A stretch of 64,000 bases of DNA from Eledone cirrhosa (Eukaryota): contig OZ024744.1 in the NCBI GenBank assembly GCA_964016885.1, positions 5,208,001 through 5,272,000 of the forward strand, given 5' to 3'. Every line of letters begins with the position of its first letter. Position 1 is the first letter of the stretch. Both the position numbers and the translations under genes were made by a program. Under the pieces are notes generated by a model, which saw nothing but the letters and a program-made list of their open reading frames with translations, had not been told where the DNA came from and did no database searches. This document shows positions 61,430 through 64,000 of this stretch, piece after piece.

Positions 61430-64000
61430 GTGGTGTTGGTAGCAGAGGTCTATATTGGTAGACAGTGGTGTTGGTAGCAGAGGTCTATCTTGGTAGACAG
61501 TGAGGTTGGTAGCAGAGGTCTCTCTTCGTAGACAGTGAGGTTGGTAGCAGAGGTCTATCTTGGTAGACAGTGGTGTTGGTAGCAGAGGTCTATGTTGGTA
61601 GACAGTGAGGTTGGTAGCAGAGGTCTATCTTGGTAGACAGTGAAGTTGGTAGCAGAGGTCTATCTTGGTAGACAGTGAGGGTGGTAGCAGAGGTCTATCT
61701 TGGTAGACAGTGGTGTTCGTAGCAGAGGTCTATCTTGGTAGACAGTGGTGTTGGTAGCAGAGGTCTATCTTGGTAGACAGTGAGGTTGGTAGCAGAGGTC
61801 TATCTTGGTAGACAGTGGTGTTGGTAGCAGAGGTCTATCTTGGTAGACAGTGGGGTGGGTAGCAGCGGTCTATCTTGGTAGACAGTGGTGTTGGTAGCAG
61901 AGGTCTATCTTGGTAGACAGTGGTGTTGGTAGCAGAGGTCTATGTTGGTAGACAGTGGTGTTGGTAGCAGAGGTTAATCTTGGTAGACAGTGGTGTTGGT
62001 AGCAGAGGTCTATCTTGGTAGACAGTGGTGTTGGTAGCAGAGATCTATCTTGGTAGACAGTAGTGTTGGTAGCAGAGGTCTATGTTGGTAGACAGTGGTG
62101 TTTGTAGCAGAGGTCTATGTTGGTAGACAGTGGTGTTGGAAGCAGAGGTCTATCTTAGTAGACAGTGGTGTTGGTACATAGGTCTATGTTGGTAGACAGT
62201 GAGGTTGGTAGCAGAGGTCTATATTGGTAGACAGTGAGGTTGGTAGCAGAGGTCTATCTTGGTAGACAGTGAGGTTGGTAGCAGAGCTCTATCTTGGTAG
62301 AAAGTGGTGTTGGTAGCAGAGGTCTATGTTGGTAGACAGTGGTGTTGGTAGCAGAGGTTTATCTTGGTAGACAGTGGTGTTGGTAGCAGAGGTCTATGTT
62401 GGTAGACAGTGGTGTTGGTAGCAGAGGTATATCTTGGTAGGCAGTGGTGTTGGTAGCAGAGCTCTATCTTGGTAGACAGTGGTGTTGGTAGCAGAGGTCT
62501 TTCTTGGTAGACAGTGGTGTTGGTAGCAGAGGTCGATCTTGGTAGACAGTGGTGTTGGTAGCAGAGGTCTATCTTGGTAGACAGTGGTGTTGGTAGCAGA
62601 TGTCTATCTTGGTAGACAGTGGTGTTGGTAGCAGAGATCTATCTTGGTAGACAGTGGTGTTGGTAGCAGAGGTCGATCTTGGTAGACAGTGGTGTTGGTA
62701 GCAGAGGTCGATCTTGGTAGACAGTGGTGTTGGTAGCAGAGGTCTATCTTGGTAGACAGTGGTGTTGGTAGCAGAGGTCTATGTTGGTAGACAGTGGTGT
62801 TGGTAGCAGAGGTATATCTTGGTAGGCAGTGGTGTTGGTAGCAGAGCTCTATCTTGGTAGACAGTGGTGTTGGTAGCAGAGGTCTATCTTGGTAGACAGT
62901 GGTGTTGGTAGCAGAGGTCTTTCTTGGTAGACAGTGGTGTTGGTAGCAGAGGTCTATGTTGGTAGAAAGTGAGGTTGGTAGCAGAGGTCTATCTTGGTAG
63001 AAAGTGGTGTTGGTAGGAGAGGTCTATCTTGGTAGACAGTGGTGTTGGTAGCAGAGGTCTATCTTGGTAGACAGTGGTGTTGGTAGCAGAGGTCTATATT
63101 GGTAGACAGTGGTGTTGGTAGCAGATGTCTATCTTGGTAGACAGTGGTGTTGGTAGCAGAGGTCTATCTTGGTAGACAGTGGTGGTGGTAGCAGAGGTCT
63201 ATCTTGTTAGACAGTGTTGTTGGTAGCAGAGGTCTATCTTAGTAGACAGTGGTGTTGGTAGCAGAGGTCTATCCTGGTAGACAGTGGTGTTGGTAGCAGA
63301 GGTCTATCTTGGTAGACAGTAGTGTTGGTAGCAGAGGTCTATCTTGGTAGACAGTGGTGTTGGTAGCTGATGTCTAACTTGGTAGACAGTGGTGTTGGTA
63401 GCAGAGGTCTATCTTAGTAGACAGTGGTGTTGGTAGCAGAGGTCTACCTTGGTAGACAGTGGTGTCGGTAGCAGAGCTCTATCCTGGTAGACAGTGGTGT
63501 TGGTAGCAGAGGTCTATCTTGGTAGACAGTGAGGTTGGTAGCAGAGGTCTATGTTGGTAGACAGTGGTGTCGGTAGCAGAGCTCTATCTTGGTAGACAGT
63601 GGTGTTGGTAGCAGAAGTCTATCTTGGTAGACAGTGAGGTTGGGAGCAGAGGTCTATGTTGGTAGACAGTGGTGTTGGTAGCAGAGGTCTATCTTGGTAG
63701 ACAGTGGTGTTGGTAGGAGAGGTTTATCTTGGTAGACAGTGGTGTTGGTAGCAGAGGTCTATGTTGGTAGACAGTGGTGTTGGTAGCAGAGGTATATCTT
63801 GGTAGGCAGTGGTGTTGGTAGCAGAGCTCTATCTTGGTAGACAGTGGTGTTGGTAGCAGAGGTCTATGTTAGTAGAAAGTGAGGTTGGTAGCAGAGGTCT
63901 ATCTTGGTAGACAGTGAGGGTGGTAGCAGAGGTCTATCTTGGTAAACAGAGGTGTTGGTAGCAGAGGTCTATCTTGGTAGACAGTGAGGTTGGTATCAGA

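Larger units (their letters stand above)
1..64000. repeat. 35-bp tandem satellite array, about 1,830 monomers, consensus GGTAGACAGTGGTGTTGGTAGCAGAGGTCTATCTT; extends beyond both window edges
   Basis: The monomer recurs every 35 bp from base 1 to base 64000, typically with 0-3 substitutions per unit. I saw no foreign sequence and no strand switch. Phase check: a monomer starts at 1 and another at 63941, and 63940 = 1828x35 - 40, which matches the 40 single-base deletions counted. Confidence 0.99.

Noticed and set aside
1-64000. CRISPR array (35-bp repeat with an internal palindrome)
   Set aside because: The repeats are directly adjacent with no unique spacers, and there is no leader or cas gene. 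Treating one half-unit as a spacer fails because it is near-invariant.
1-64000. Giant repetitive (mucin-like) ORF on the minus strand; three monomers translate as TSATNTTVYQDRPLLPTPLSTKIDLCYQHHCLPR*
   Set aside because: 35 is not a multiple of 3, so every frame meets a TAG once per 105 bp in consensus sequence. Even with TAG recoding, there are 40 single-base deletions and variants creating TAA/TGA, and I saw no codon-position pattern in the substitutions.
1-64000. Plus-strand coding sequence
   Set aside because: There are two TAGs per monomer plus frequent TGA variants, so all three frames are closed within short distances.
1-64000. Telomerase-synthesised telomere (G-rich strand; loose resemblance of GGTGT...GTCTA..CTT to long budding-yeast telomeric repeats)
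   Set aside because: The resemblance is short and partial. Kilobase-scale inherited variant patterns indicate recombinational amplification rather than templated addition, and no chromosome end is in view. A subtelomeric location is not excluded.
1-64000. Hidden insertion, transposon fragment, inversion or RNA gene inside the array
   Set aside because: I found no non-satellite or reverse-complement (AAGATAGACC...) stretch on reading through. The phase arithmetic is fully explained by the 40 one-base deletions.
1-64000. Variants being sequencing noise or a rolling-circle/concatemer artefact
   Set aside because: Rare variants recur in fixed order at multiple nested, unequal periods, which neither random error nor a single circular template would produce.
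1-64000. Variant monomers as a functional code or a diversity-generating cassette library
   Set aside because: The patterns are fully compatible with neutral mutation plus block duplication. No recombinase, reverse transcriptase, expression site or target gene is present in the window.
1-64000. Assignment to a specific organism or named satellite family
   Set aside because: I do not recognise the monomer, and a database search is required.

Overview
The whole 64 kb window is one uninterrupted, head-to-tail, single-orientation tandem array (satellite DNA) of a 35-bp monomer. The consensus is GGTAGACAGTGGTGTTGGTAGCAGAGGTCTATCTT, present in about 1,830 copies and running off both ends of the window. 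I found no protein-coding genes, RNA genes, transposons, CRISPR spacers or unique sequence. The monomer is itself a diverged 16+19 bp dimer (TTGGTAGACAGTGGTG / TTGGTAGCAGAGGTCTATC). It is strongly G/T-skewed on the + strand, has no CpG in the consensus, and forms a GTCTA-N6-TAGAC dyad across each junction. Rare variant monomers act as barcodes and show a layered duplication history. That history includes an irregular multi-kb higher-order repeat (offsets 5.8-8.5 kb), two near-identical overlapping tandem duplications (periods 6,785 and 7,347 bp), and smaller duplications (140, 175, 210, 735 and 1,225 bp). A distinct variant subfamily occupies about 25.8-36.6 kb. All 40 single-base indels I counted are deletions and trace to about 7 events. 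This looks like a eukaryotic heterochromatic (centromeric, pericentromeric or subtelomeric) satellite, but the organism and function cannot be determined from the sequence. I see no support for a gene-encoded novel system here. All positions were counted by eye, and block boundaries are approximate to about one monomer.
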